Assembly: GCA_023438325.1 (NCBI GenBank)
Contig: JAEXRB010000259.1
Span: 1 to 39,535, forward strand
DNA: 39,535 bases
From: Pseudomonadota bacterium
GTDB taxonomy: Bacteria > Pseudomonadota > Gammaproteobacteria > Xanthomonadales > Xanthomonadaceae
Direction of reading: 5' to 3'
Position numbers and translations under genes: made by a program. Each line of letters starts with the position of its first letter. The first letter of the stretch is position 1. Shown piece by piece: positions 10,178 through 19,281 of the stretch. Under the pieces are notes generated by a model that had not been told where the DNA came from, searched no databases, and was given only the letters and a program-made list of their open reading frames with translations.

Positions 10178-10987
10178 ATGCGAAAGCACGATACACACAC
10201 TGCAAGCGATGCCGCCGTGTCTGATGCGACACGGCGGCTGAGCCTCCTGAGTGCCAACATTCAGGCCGGCCATGCCACCAACAGCTACCGCGACTACGTG
10301 ACCGGCTCGTGGAACCACGTACTGCCCAGTGGCCGCAAGCGCGGCAATCTGGATGCACTGGCGCAGAGAGTTTCCAGCTTCGATATCGTCGGCCTTCAGG
10401 AAGCCGATGCCGGCTCGCTGCGCTCGGGCTTCGTCAATCAAACCCACTACCTCGCCGAACGCGCCGGCTTTCCTTACTGGAGCCACCAGCCCAACCGCCG
10501 CCTCGCCGGCATCGCCGCCAGCGCCAATGGCCTGCTCAGCCGCGACGAACCGGATGAAGTGGTCGATTACGCCCTGCCCAGCCGGATCCCGGGCCGCGGC
10601 GCGTTGCTGGTGCGTTATGGTGATGGTGCCGATTCGCTGACCTTGGCCATTGCCCATCTTTCGCTCTCGCCCAAGGCGCGCAGTGCGCAACTGGCCTTTC
10701 TCGGCGAATTGCTCTCCGGCCCCGGCCACAAGGTGCTGATGGGCGATTTCAACTGCGAATCCGATTCCTGCGAGATGGATGCGCTCTATCGCAGTACCCC
10801 GCTGCAACCCCCCGAACAACGCATCCTCTCGTTCCCGAGCTGGCAACCAAGCCGCGCCATCGACCACATCCTGGTTTCCAGCGGCGTGAATGTGGAACGG
10901 CGCTGGACGTTGCCCGATCTTTCTTCCGACCACCTCGCCGTCGCCGCCCAAATCGCCTTTCCCGACAGCCTCGGAAAATCCCGCTGA
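10178..10987 (+). CDS. Endonuclease/exonuclease/phosphatase (EEP) family protein
   Basis: SANIQ, GLQEAD, HLSL, LMGDFN, IDHIL and SDHL metal-binding motifs. Exact start uncertain. Confidence 0.88.
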   Translation: MRKHDTHTASDAAVSDATRRLSLLSANIQAGHATNSYRDYVTGSWNHVLPSGRKRGNLDALAQRVSSFDIVGLQEADAGSLRSGFVNQTHYLAERAGFPYWSHQPNRRLAGIAASANGLLSRDEPDEVVDYALPSRIPGRGALLVRYGDGADSLTLAIAHLSLSPKARSAQLAFLGELLSGPGHKVLMGDFNCESDSCEMDALYRSTPLQPPEQRILSFPSWQPSRAIDHILVSSGVNVERRWTLPDLSSDHLAVAAQIAFPDSLGKSR

Positions 10988-11043
10988 AATTGCGCACCAG
11001 CCCTGCGCTGCGTCGTCGTACAAGCGCGGGATACACTGTGCCC

Positions 11044-13032
11044 ATGCGTCGAAACCTCCCCTCCCTGCTCCGGAAATTCGCGCGACTGACGGCCCTCGTC
11101 ATCGCTGCATCCAGCCTGCCCGCCCTCACCTTCGCGGCCAATCTCGAAACACGGCGCGCCGATTTCGAGCGCGCCCTCGAGGCCGCCGAAAAGCGCCCGC
11201 TGGCCGAATTCGCCAGCATCGCGCGCGCGCATGCCGATCATCCGCTGGCGCCATATCTGGAATACGTCGCGCTGCGACGCCAACTCGACCACCTCGACGC
11301 CGGCAGCATCGCCGCGTTCATCGAGCGCCATGCCGACGTGCCCCTCGCCACCACATTGCGCGGCGAGGCGCTGCGGGCCTTGGCCAAACGTCAGGATTGG
11401 GCCGGCTTCCGCCTGCTGTACAACGGCAGCAACGACGCGGCACTGCGTTGCGCTGACCTGCTCTCGCGCCAAACCGCGCCACCTGACGCCGCATGGTTCG
11501 ATGCCGCCCTGGCACTCTGGCTCAACGGCGGCTCGCAACCTGCGCAATGCGACGCCGTGTTCGAAGCCCTGCGCAGCACCGGGAAACTCACCACCGCACG
11601 CCACCTCGAGCGCATCGAGCTCGCCGCCACCGAACACAACCTCGGTCTGATCCGCTACCTCGCCCGCAACCTTCCCGCGACGCAAGCCGCGCTGGCACAA
11701 AGTTATGCCACATATCTGGAAGCGCCTACCCAGCGCCCCACCGCCAGTTGGCCCGTCGATGCGCGTCATCGCCGCATCGCCTCGCTCGGCATCATGCGCA
11801 TCGCCCGGAGTGATCCGGGCGCGGCTGAGGCCCTGCTCGCCTCGCTGCAAGACCGCTTCGGCTTCGATGCCGCATTGCGGGGTGAAATACTCAACCAGAT
11901 CGCACTGTGGAGCGCGGCTTCATACCTGCCCGAAAGCCCGCAACGCTTCGCCATCGTGCCGGACGAAGCCTGGGATGCACGCCTGCATGAGTGGCATGTG
12001 CGCGAAGCCCTTGCACGTCGCGACGACAGTGCCGCACTGACCGCCATCGCGAAGATGCCCGCCGAAGAACGCGCCGATCCGCGCTGGCGCTATTTCCAAG
12101 CACGCCTGCGCGAACGCGCCGACGACCCCAAGGCACGCGAACTTTTCACGGCATTGGCCAGCGAGCCGACCTATTTCGGCTTCCTCGCCGCCGACCGCAT
12201 CGCCGCTCCCTACACGCTCTGCCCGCTGGAGGCCGACAGCGCCGCCGCGAAACGTCGCGTGCAGGCCAACCCCGGCTTCATTCGCGCGATGGAGTTGTAC
12301 GCCATCGGTCGCATCTCGTGGGCGCGGCGCGAATGGGAGGCATTGCGCAGCACCTTGCCCGATGACGAACGCCGCGCCGCCGTTGCGCTGGCCGATGCCG
12401 CCGGCTGGCACGAGCGCGGTGCCTTCACTCTCAACGCCGGCGAGGACCTGCGCCACTACACCTTGCGCTTCCCCTTGCCACACCAGCGCCAGATCCTGCG
12501 TGATGCGAAGAAGTACCAGCTCGATCCCGCCTGGGTCGCGGCCCTGATCCGTGCCGAAAGCGCCTGGGCCCCGGATGCGCGCTCGCATGCCAACGCCCGC
12601 GGCCTGATGCAACTGCTGCCGGCCACCGCACGCATGGAGGCAAAGAAGCGCGGCATGCGTTATCCCGGCGATGCAGGCGTGTTCGATGCCCGCGACAACC
12701 TCGCCCTCGGCATCGCGCATCTGGCCTCGATGCTTGAAAAACACGGTGGCCAACCCTTCCTCGCCACCGCCGCCTACAACGCCGGGCCAACGCCCGTCGC
12801 ACGTTGGCTGGCCCAGCGCCCGCCACAGGACATCGACTTGTGGATCGAAACCATCCCCTACCGCGAAACCCGCGAATACGTGGCCCGCATCCTCGCTTTC
12901 GCCACGATCTATGACTGGCGCATGCACGGCAAGGCAATTCCCGTCACCGCAAGAGCGCTGGGCCACAGCACCCGCGCCGAAGCGTGGCGCGAGTTTTCAT
13001 GCCCTGTCACGGCCAAGGAAAAAACCCCATGA
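11044..13032 (+). CDS. slt: Soluble lytic murein transglycosylase (Slt70-like)
   Basis: Signal peptide, HPLAPYLEY, catalytic ALIRAESAW, ARGLMQLLPATA, AAYNAGP, WIETIPYRETREYV. Confidence 0.93.
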   Translation: MRRNLPSLLRKFARLTALVIAASSLPALTFAANLETRRADFERALEAAEKRPLAEFASIARAHADHPLAPYLEYVALRRQLDHLDAGSIAAFIERHADVPLATTLRGEALRALAKRQDWAGFRLLYNGSNDAALRCADLLSRQTAPPDAAWFDAALALWLNGGSQPAQCDAVFEALRSTGKLTTARHLERIELAATEHNLGLIRYLARNLPATQAALAQSYATYLEAPTQRPTASWPVDARHRRIASLGIMRIARSDPGAAEALLASLQDRFGFDAALRGEILNQIALWSAASYLPESPQRFAIVPDEAWDARLHEWHVREALARRDDSAALTAIAKMPAEERADPRWRYFQARLRERADDPKARELFTALASEPTYFGFLAADRIAAPYTLCPLEADSAAAKRRVQANPGFIRAMELYAIGRISWARREWEALRSTLPDDERRAAVALADAAGWHERGAFTLNAGEDLRHYTLRFPLPHQRQILRDAKKYQLDPAWVAALIRAESAWAPDARSHANARGLMQLLPATARMEAKKRGMRYPGDAGVFDARDNLALGIAHLASMLEKHGGQPFLATAAYNAGPTPVARWLAQRPPQDIDLWIETIPYRETREYVARILAFATIYDWRMHGKAIPVTARALGHSTRAEAWREFSCPVTAKEKTP

Positions 13033-13973
13033 GCGCGCCCCGCATCGTCGTCTTCGGCGGCACCGGCTTTGTCGGCAACCGCCTCGTGCCGCGATTGGTG
13101 CGGGAAGGCTTCGAAGTAACCGTTCCCAGCCGCAACCGCAACCACCAGCGCGATCTTTTCGTGCTGCCGCAGGTGCAGGTCGTCAATGCGGATCCGTATT
13201 CCCCGGACGATCTGCAACGCGTGCTCGATGGCGCGCATGCCGCGATCAATCTGGTCGGCATCCTCAACGAGCGTGGCCGCGACGGCACCGGCTTCCGTCG
13301 CGCCCACGTGGAGCTGAGCGAGAAAATCATCGCCGCCTGCCATGTCACCGGCACACACCGCCTGTTGCAGATGAGCGCCCTCAATGCCGGCCGTGGCTCG
13401 AGCCATTACCTGCGCACGCGCGGCGAAGCGGAAGCGCGCGTGATGGCCTCCGGGCTGGATTGGACGATCTTCCAGCCCTCGGTGATCTTCGGCCCCGGCG
13501 ATGGCCTGTTCGAGCGCTTCGCCCGCCTGCTGAAACTGGCCCCGGCACTGCCGCTGGCACGCGCACATGCCAAGTTCGCGCCGGTGTATGTGGGTGACGT
13601 CGTCGAAGCATTCATGCGCGCCCTCGAAAACCCGGCCAGCGTCGCCCAGACCTATGAGCTCTACGGCCCGCAGGTGATGACGCTGGCCGATATCGTGCGC
13701 TACACCGCACGTCATCTCCGCTTGCGCCGCACCGTGTTGCCGCTGCCCGATGCACTGGCACGCGTGCAAGCGGCGATCTTCGATTTCGTGCCCGGGAAAC
13801 CGTTCTCCACCGACAACTACCTTTCGCTGAAAATCGACTCGGTCGGCGGCATCGACGGGCTGCACCGACTCGGCATTAGCCCGTCCGGCATCGATGGCAT
13901 CGTCCCGGCACAGCTCGCCTTGCGGCCGCGTCAGCGCCGTTACAACACCTACCGCAGCACGCGACCGCAATGA
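13029..13973 (+). CDS. NDUFA9-like NAD(P)-binding atypical SDR (epimerase/dehydratase fold)
   Basis: VFGGTGFVG Rossmann motif, [40 protein letters not shown] overlap with slt. Confidence 0.85.
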   Translation: MSAPRIVVFGGTGFVGNRLVPRLVREGFEVTVPSRNRNHQRDLFVLPQVQVVNADPYSPDDLQRVLDGAHAAINLVGILNERGRDGTGFRRAHVELSEKIIAACHVTGTHRLLQMSALNAGRGSSHYLRTRGEAEARVMASGLDWTIFQPSVIFGPGDGLFERFARLLKLAPALPLARAHAKFAPVYVGDVVEAFMRALENPASVAQTYELYGPQVMTLADIVRYTARHLRLRRTVLPLPDALARVQAAIFDFVPGKPFSTDNYLSLKIDSVGGIDGLHRLGISPSGIDGIVPAQLALRPRQRRYNTYRSTRPQ

Positions 13974-15193
13974 AGACGTATCTGGTCGGCGGCGCAGTGC
14001 GTGATGCCCTGCTCGGGCGGCCTTGCGGCGATCGCGATTTCGTCGTCGTCGGTGCCACGCCCGAGCAGATGACGGCGCAAGGCTTCCGTCCGGTCGGGCG
14101 CGATTTCCCGGTGTTCCTGCATCCTCGCAGCCACGAGGAATATGCGCTGGCGCGCTGCGAGCGCAAGGCCGGGCGCGGCTATCGCGGCTTCATCGTATTG
14201 GCCACGCCGGACATCACGCTGGAGCAGGATCTGGCCCGCCGCGACTTCACCATCAACGCTATCACGCAGGATGACGATGGCAGCCTCGTGGATCCGTTCA
14301 ACGGCGTCGCCGACCTGCAATCGCGCGTGCTGCGGCATGTCTCGGATGCCTTCGTGGAAGATCCCGTCCGCATCCTGCGCGCGGCGCGCTTCATGGCGCG
14401 CTGGCAACCTCTCGGGTTTTCCATCGCGCCTGAAACCATGGCACTGATGCGCCGGATGGTGGCCGAGGGCGAAGTCGATCACCTCGTGCCAGAGCGCGTG
14501 TTCCAGGAGCTGTCGCGCGCGCTGACCGAAGCTGCGCCCTCCGCCTTCCTGCGCACCTTGCGTGCCTGTGGCGCCTTGGCGCGCGTACTGCCGGAAGTGG
14601 ACGCGCTTTACGGTATTCCACAACGTGTCCAATACCACCCGGAAATCGACAGCGGCGTACACGTGGAACTGGCGCTGGATGTCGCCGCGCAGCTCGCCCG
14701 CGGAGATGCGTCCATCGGCTTCTGCGTGCTCACCCATGACCTCGGAAAGGCCCTCACGCCGGCGCGCGAACTGCCCGCGCACCGCCAGCACGAACATGCC
14801 GGCCTGGTACCGCTGAACGCCCTGTGCGAGCGGCTGAAAGTGCCTTCCGAATGGGCCGCGCAAGCCACCATCGGCTGCCGCGAACACCTTAATGTGCATC
14901 GCATCGATGAGCTCAAGCCAGCGACGCTGCACGACCTTTTCACCCGTTGCGATGGCTTCCGCAAACCCAAACGCATCGCCGCACTCGGCATGATCTGCGA
15001 GGCCGACAAGCGGGGTCGACTCGGCCAGTCCGATGCACCCTATCCACAACGCGAACGCCTTTTGGCGCAGCATGCCACCGCATTGGCCATCAAACCCCGC
15101 GACCTTGACCTTGCCGGGCTGACGGGCGAACAAATCGGTGACGAAGTACGCCGCGCCCGCATCGCAGCCATGGCCCAGACAACGCCTCCGTGA
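13970..15193 (+). CDS. cca: Multifunctional CCA-adding enzyme (tRNA nucleotidyltransferase with HD domain)
   Basis: [51 protein letters not shown]. Confidence 0.96.
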   Translation: MKTYLVGGAVRDALLGRPCGDRDFVVVGATPEQMTAQGFRPVGRDFPVFLHPRSHEEYALARCERKAGRGYRGFIVLATPDITLEQDLARRDFTINAITQDDDGSLVDPFNGVADLQSRVLRHVSDAFVEDPVRILRAARFMARWQPLGFSIAPETMALMRRMVAEGEVDHLVPERVFQELSRALTEAAPSAFLRTLRACGALARVLPEVDALYGIPQRVQYHPEIDSGVHVELALDVAAQLARGDASIGFCVLTHDLGKALTPARELPAHRQHEHAGLVPLNALCERLKVPSEWAAQATIGCREHLNVHRIDELKPATLHDLFTRCDGFRKPKRIAALGMICEADKRGRLGQSDAPYPQRERLLAQHATALAIKPRDLDLAGLTGEQIGDEVRRARIAAMAQTTPP

Positions 15194-15231
15194 GCGCCAA
15201 CGGTGCCGCCGTCAGCGCGGCATCGCAAACC

Positions 15232-16233
15232 TCATCGCATTCCTGCGCTTGCACGCGGCAAAGGCAACCCGCTCTCGAATCCGTCGAGGAACACGTCTCC
15301 GACAGGCAGCACCGTGGTGACATCGTGGAACAAACCCACCGCACGCGCCTCGGTGACGCCATCGACAACCGCTCCGTTCGCCAGCGCAAAACGCCACAGG
15401 CGCGTCGCCTCAGGCGCAGACGCCAGGCCCGTTCCCACGACGACCAGATCATTGGTCATCGGATCGATCACGCTGCTTCCAGCAAGTACGAAGCAGCAGC
15501 CGTCCACGCCGGCACCGCGAACCATCGCGTTCAGCGCAGCATCGAAGGCAATCAGGCGGCTGCGATTGTCAGCACGCGAATAAGCCACCCCGTACAGCGA
15601 TCCGTTGCCCGCCACGGCCAGTTCCTGCACGGCCAGATCGGCATCCAGCAAGGCTGACGTCGCCGTGACCGTCGTACCGATGACAAAGCGGAAAATGCGA
15701 TCCTGAATTTCGCCATCTTGCCTACCCACAAGGAACAGGCTGTCGTCGCTGGCGCGGAACGCCGAAACACCTGCACGAAACACGCAACAATCCACCTGCG
15801 GCATGCCCAGATCGGTGAGTGCGCCGCCCTGAAACCCGATCAGCGTGAGCGCATCGTCGGCACTGCGCCGCCCCACGCCCACCAGGCGTGGCATGCCGCT
15901 GCCGTCCCACTCCAAGTGGGTGACTCGAACATGATCCGGCAGGTTGGCGCTCTCCAACCCGCTCAATCCACCGTATGTGAGGGCATGCAGTCTTTGCGCG
16001 CCGCCTTGTCGGGTCACAAAGAAAACCCGATCACCTGCCGCATCGGCCGTTACGCTGCCGGCCTGCACGCCCTGTACGCCATCCGTGGCAAGCGATGCAG
16101 CCGATGCCGTGCTGGCGTCATAAACCCGCAGGCGCGAGGTCGCCTCATCGTGCGAGAGCGACAACACACCCGCGTGCGCCACCGACCACATGGCCAGCAC
16201 ATTCACCAGCAAGGCAAGGAATGAATGCTTCAT
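15232..16233 (-). CDS. Secreted hypothetical protein, probably beta-propeller-like, with a near-C-terminal DVFLDGFE motif
   Basis: Sec signal MKHSFLALLVNVLAMWSVAHA; beta-rich blade-like segments; two vicinal CC motifs; start lies 8 nt after the upstream gene's stop. Confidence 0.7.
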   Translation of the reverse strand: MKHSFLALLVNVLAMWSVAHAGVLSLSHDEATSRLRVYDASTASAASLATDGVQGVQAGSVTADAAGDRVFFVTRQGGAQRLHALTYGGLSGLESANLPDHVRVTHLEWDGSGMPRLVGVGRRSADDALTLIGFQGGALTDLGMPQVDCCVFRAGVSAFRASDDSLFLVGRQDGEIQDRIFRFVIGTTVTATSALLDADLAVQELAVAGNGSLYGVAYSRADNRSRLIAFDAALNAMVRGAGVDGCCFVLAGSSVIDPMTNDLVVVGTGLASAPEATRLWRFALANGAVVDGVTEARAVGLFHDVTTVLPVGDVFLDGFESGLPLPRASAGMR

Positions 16234-16241
16234 GGCAGGCC

Positions 16242-17477
16242 TCAGCGCGTCAATCGCGCTTCGAGTTCGGCCAAGCGCCGCTCCAGTGCGTCGATGCGCT
16301 GGTCGCGCTCATCCAGCTCTTCCTGCAACGCTTTGGCCGCGGCCAATGCCACGCCGGCGAGGTCGGATGGCGCGATTCTGTCGTCGCTCGCACCCAGCCC
16401 GAACACGGCGTGGAAGTCCTCCGCCACGGGGCCGGCATGGCGACTGTCGCTGTCAAGATAGCTCCACGTATTCAGCGGCAGAACGCGCAAACGCGCCAGC
16501 AACCATTCGCCATCGATATCCTCGAACGCGTGCTTTGCCTTCCGGCTTGAAAGCTGCGAGATCGTGCCACGCGCCAGCACATTGCCATCGCTGTCGATCT
16601 CGAAGCGCGTTCTTGCCTCCCCCTGCGGATAAGCGGGATTGGAAACCCTGAACATCGACACCGCTGGATCGGCCAGACTGTTGGCGCGACTCACATCGAG
16701 ACGACTTGCAGGCGAACTCGTACCCACACCCACGGCACCGCTGCCGGAAATGTCCAGACTCGATGTCGGCGCACCCGGCCGGATGCGGAATGGCAGTTGC
16801 GAATCATTGGTCACATCACGCACGAAGAAATTGGCCTCGTTGCCGGCGATGTCCCAAGTTTGGGCAACGAACCCACTGGCATTGGTCTGATCTAGACGGA
16901 TGGCCGGCGTATCGCTCGTTTGCAGGTGCATGTCCAGCGCCGGCGTGGCAGTACGAAACCCGACATTCCCATCCGAGCCAACGAACAATGCATCGGCCGG
17001 CGCACCTGCCATCACCTTGAACGGAACTCTTGCCGCCGTGGCATCCTCGATCGCGAAGTAGGAAGCACCTCCGCTGGCGGAGTCGTTGGCGACCAGAATC
17101 CAGTCGTTGGCAGGGAATCCGGCCCCCGCAGAAGTATCGTCAAAGAATATCCGCGCGTTATTGTGCTTGAGCAACAACGTCTTGAAACCCAGGTCTTCAC
17201 CATCGAGGCAATCAGTGCCTATGCAAACATTGCCCCGAACGATCAAGTCGTCTGCAACGACCTGATCGCGCGTGCCCCCGCCGTCTCGGTCGCCGGTGGT
17301 GCCCGCGTCACCCGGTGTCGACGTCCGCTCCGCTGCAATCACCGGAACTGCCACTGCGCGTGTCCGCGCATCGCGCCCATCGGCATCTTCCTTTTGCGCC
17401 GGTGCCGCCATGCTGCCCCACGACAGCACTGCAATAACGGCGGAAACCGCGCCCGAAACAATCCCTGCCCTGCTCAT
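16242..17477 (-). CDS. Secreted fibre-like protein with C-terminal peptidase S74 intramolecular chaperone domain and coiled coil
   Basis: Signal peptide; two internal repeats ending G-x-VG-x-x-T-x-x-P; S74-type SSRKAK...TWSY...RHAGPVAEDFHAVFGLG...DLAGVALAAAKAL followed by heptads; SD GGAG. Confidence 0.82.
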   Translation of the reverse strand: MSRAGIVSGAVSAVIAVLSWGSMAAPAQKEDADGRDARTRAVAVPVIAAERTSTPGDAGTTGDRDGGGTRDQVVADDLIVRGNVCIGTDCLDGEDLGFKTLLLKHNNARIFFDDTSAGAGFPANDWILVANDSASGGASYFAIEDATAARVPFKVMAGAPADALFVGSDGNVGFRTATPALDMHLQTSDTPAIRLDQTNASGFVAQTWDIAGNEANFFVRDVTNDSQLPFRIRPGAPTSSLDISGSGAVGVGTSSPASRLDVSRANSLADPAVSMFRVSNPAYPQGEARTRFEIDSDGNVLARGTISQLSSRKAKHAFEDIDGEWLLARLRVLPLNTWSYLDSDSRHAGPVAEDFHAVFGLGASDDRIAPSDLAGVALAAAKALQEELDERDQRIDALERRLAELEARLTR

Positions 17478-17519
17478 TGTCTTTCGCTCCCCCCAAGTCG
17501 TCCGACCCCAATCGTCTCT

Positions 17520-17540
17520 GCGATTGGATACTCCAATCGC
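17520..17540. repeat. Perfect 9-bp inverted repeat GCGATTGGA-tac-TCCAATCGC
   Basis: Read directly between the prfC stop and the S74 gene start. Confidence 0.75.
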
Positions 17541-17595
17541 GGGGAGCGCACAAGTACGCTCTGCATGCCGGAGCCACTGGCCCGGCTGTCAGAAA

Positions 17596-19200
17596 TCAGC
17601 CGGTCTGCACCGCGTGAGCATGCTCGCGCGTGGCTTTGAAGGTCACCGCCGGAGCACGCTCCTGCGCCAGTTGCAGATTGACGCGCGTGGGGGCCAGGTA
17701 GACAAGCTGTCCGGCGGCATCCAGGGCCAGATTCATCGCGTTCTTCTCGCGGAACTCTTCCAGCTTCTTCTCATCGCTGCAGTAAACCCAACGCGTGGTG
17801 GCCACCGAAACCGGCTCGAAGCTGGCCTCCACGCCATATTCGTCCTTCAACCGATACGCCACTACATCGAACTGGAGCGTACCGACCGCGCCCAGAATCA
17901 GATCATTGCTCATCAGCGGACGGAAGAACTGGGTCGCGCCTTCTTCCGAAAGTTGCGCCAGGCCCTTGTGCAATTGCTTGAGCTTGAGCGGGTCGCGCAG
18001 TCGCGCGCGGCGGAACAGTTCCGGTGCGAAGTTCGGGATGCCGGTGAAGGTCAGCGCTTCGCCTTCGCTGAAGCTGTCGCCAATGGAAATGGTGCCGTGG
18101 TTGTGGATGCCGATCACGTCACCTGGATACGCCTCGGCGGCGATTTCGCGATCCGAGGCCATGAAGGTGAGCGCATTGGCCAGCTTCATTTCCTTGCCAC
18201 TGCGCACGTGGAATGCCTTCATGCCGGCGGTGAACTTGCCCGAGCATACCCGCATGAACGCGACGCGATCGCGGTGCTGCGGGTCCATGTTGGCCTGGAT
18301 CTTGAACACGAAGCCGCTGAGTTTTTCCTCGTTCGGCGCCACCTCGCGCGTGGTGGTGGCACGCGGCTGCGGCGCAGGCGCATGTTCCACGAAGAAATCC
18401 AGCAGCGGCTGCACGCCGAAGTTGTTGACACCCGAACCGAAGAACACCGGCGTCTGCTTTCCGGTCAGATAGGCTTCCTTGTCGAACGGATTGCTGGCCC
18501 CTTGCACCAGCTCCAGTTCGTCACGCAGATCGGCCAGCATTTTTTCACCGACTTTTTCGACCAGCCCGGGCGCATCGATGGAAGCGAAGATGGTGGAGTC
18601 CTGACGAGTGAAGTTGCGCCCCGGTTCGTACAAATGCACCTCGCCGGTCAGAAGGTGCACCACGCCCTTGAGGCGCTGCCCCATGCCGATGGGCCAGGTC
18701 ACCGGCGCGCACTGGATGCCGAGCACGGTTTCCACTTCATCCAGCAGTTCGATCGGCTCCCTGCCCTCGCGGTCGAGCTTGTTGATGAAGGTCATGATCG
18801 GGGTGTCGCGCAGGCGGCACACCTCCATCAACTTGATGGTGCGCTCTTCCACGCCCTTGGCCACGTCGATCACCATCAGCGCCGAGTCCACCGCGGTGAG
18901 CACGCGATAGGTGTCCTCGCCGAAATCGGCGTGGCCGGGGGTATCGAGCAGGTTGATGACCTTGCCTTCGTAGGGAAACTGCATCACCGAACTGGTGACG
19001 GAGATGCCGCGCTCCTTTTCCAGCGCCATCCAGTCCGAGGTTGCGTGACGAGCGGCCTTGCGCCCCTTCACCGAGCCCGCCATCTGGATCGCGCCTCCGA
19101 ACAGCAGCAGCTTTTCCGTCAACGTGGTCTTGCCCGCGTCGGGATGGGAAATGATGGCGAAAGTACGGCGACGGCGCGCCTGCATGGAAACATCGGACAT
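17596..19200 (-). CDS. prfC: Peptide chain release factor 3
   Basis: [75 protein letters not shown]. Confidence 0.98.
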   Translation of the reverse strand: MSDVSMQARRRRTFAIISHPDAGKTTLTEKLLLFGGAIQMAGSVKGRKAARHATSDWMALEKERGISVTSSVMQFPYEGKVINLLDTPGHADFGEDTYRVLTAVDSALMVIDVAKGVEERTIKLMEVCRLRDTPIMTFINKLDREGREPIELLDEVETVLGIQCAPVTWPIGMGQRLKGVVHLLTGEVHLYEPGRNFTRQDSTIFASIDAPGLVEKVGEKMLADLRDELELVQGASNPFDKEAYLTGKQTPVFFGSGVNNFGVQPLLDFFVEHAPAPQPRATTTREVAPNEEKLSGFVFKIQANMDPQHRDRVAFMRVCSGKFTAGMKAFHVRSGKEMKLANALTFMASDREIAAEAYPGDVIGIHNHGTISIGDSFSEGEALTFTGIPNFAPELFRRARLRDPLKLKQLHKGLAQLSEEGATQFFRPLMSNDLILGAVGTLQFDVVAYRLKDEYGVEASFEPVSVATTRWVYCSDEKKLEEFREKNAMNLALDAAGQLVYLAPTRVNLQLAQERAPAVTFKATREHAHAVQTG

Positions 19201-19248
19201 GGGAAATGACGCCCGACGGGGCGTCTGCCGGATAAAGGAAGGGCGGCG

Positions 19249-19254
19249 ATTATA
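19249..19254 (-). promoter_or_regulatory. Consensus -10 box TATAAT for prfC
   Basis: attata on + strand, about 50 nt upstream of the prfC ATG, inside a GGCGGC...GCCGCC inverted repeat; no properly spaced -35 seen. Confidence 0.5.
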
Positions 19255-19281
19255 GCCGCCGCCTCTTCCGGGCGCCGGGAA

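Noticed and set aside
16242..17477. Prophage remnant interpretation of the tail-fibre-like gene
   Set aside because: It has a Sec signal peptide and there are no capsid, terminase, integrase or lysis genes nearby.
17272..19209. 645-aa plus-strand ORF
   Set aside because: Antisense to the clearly identified prfC.
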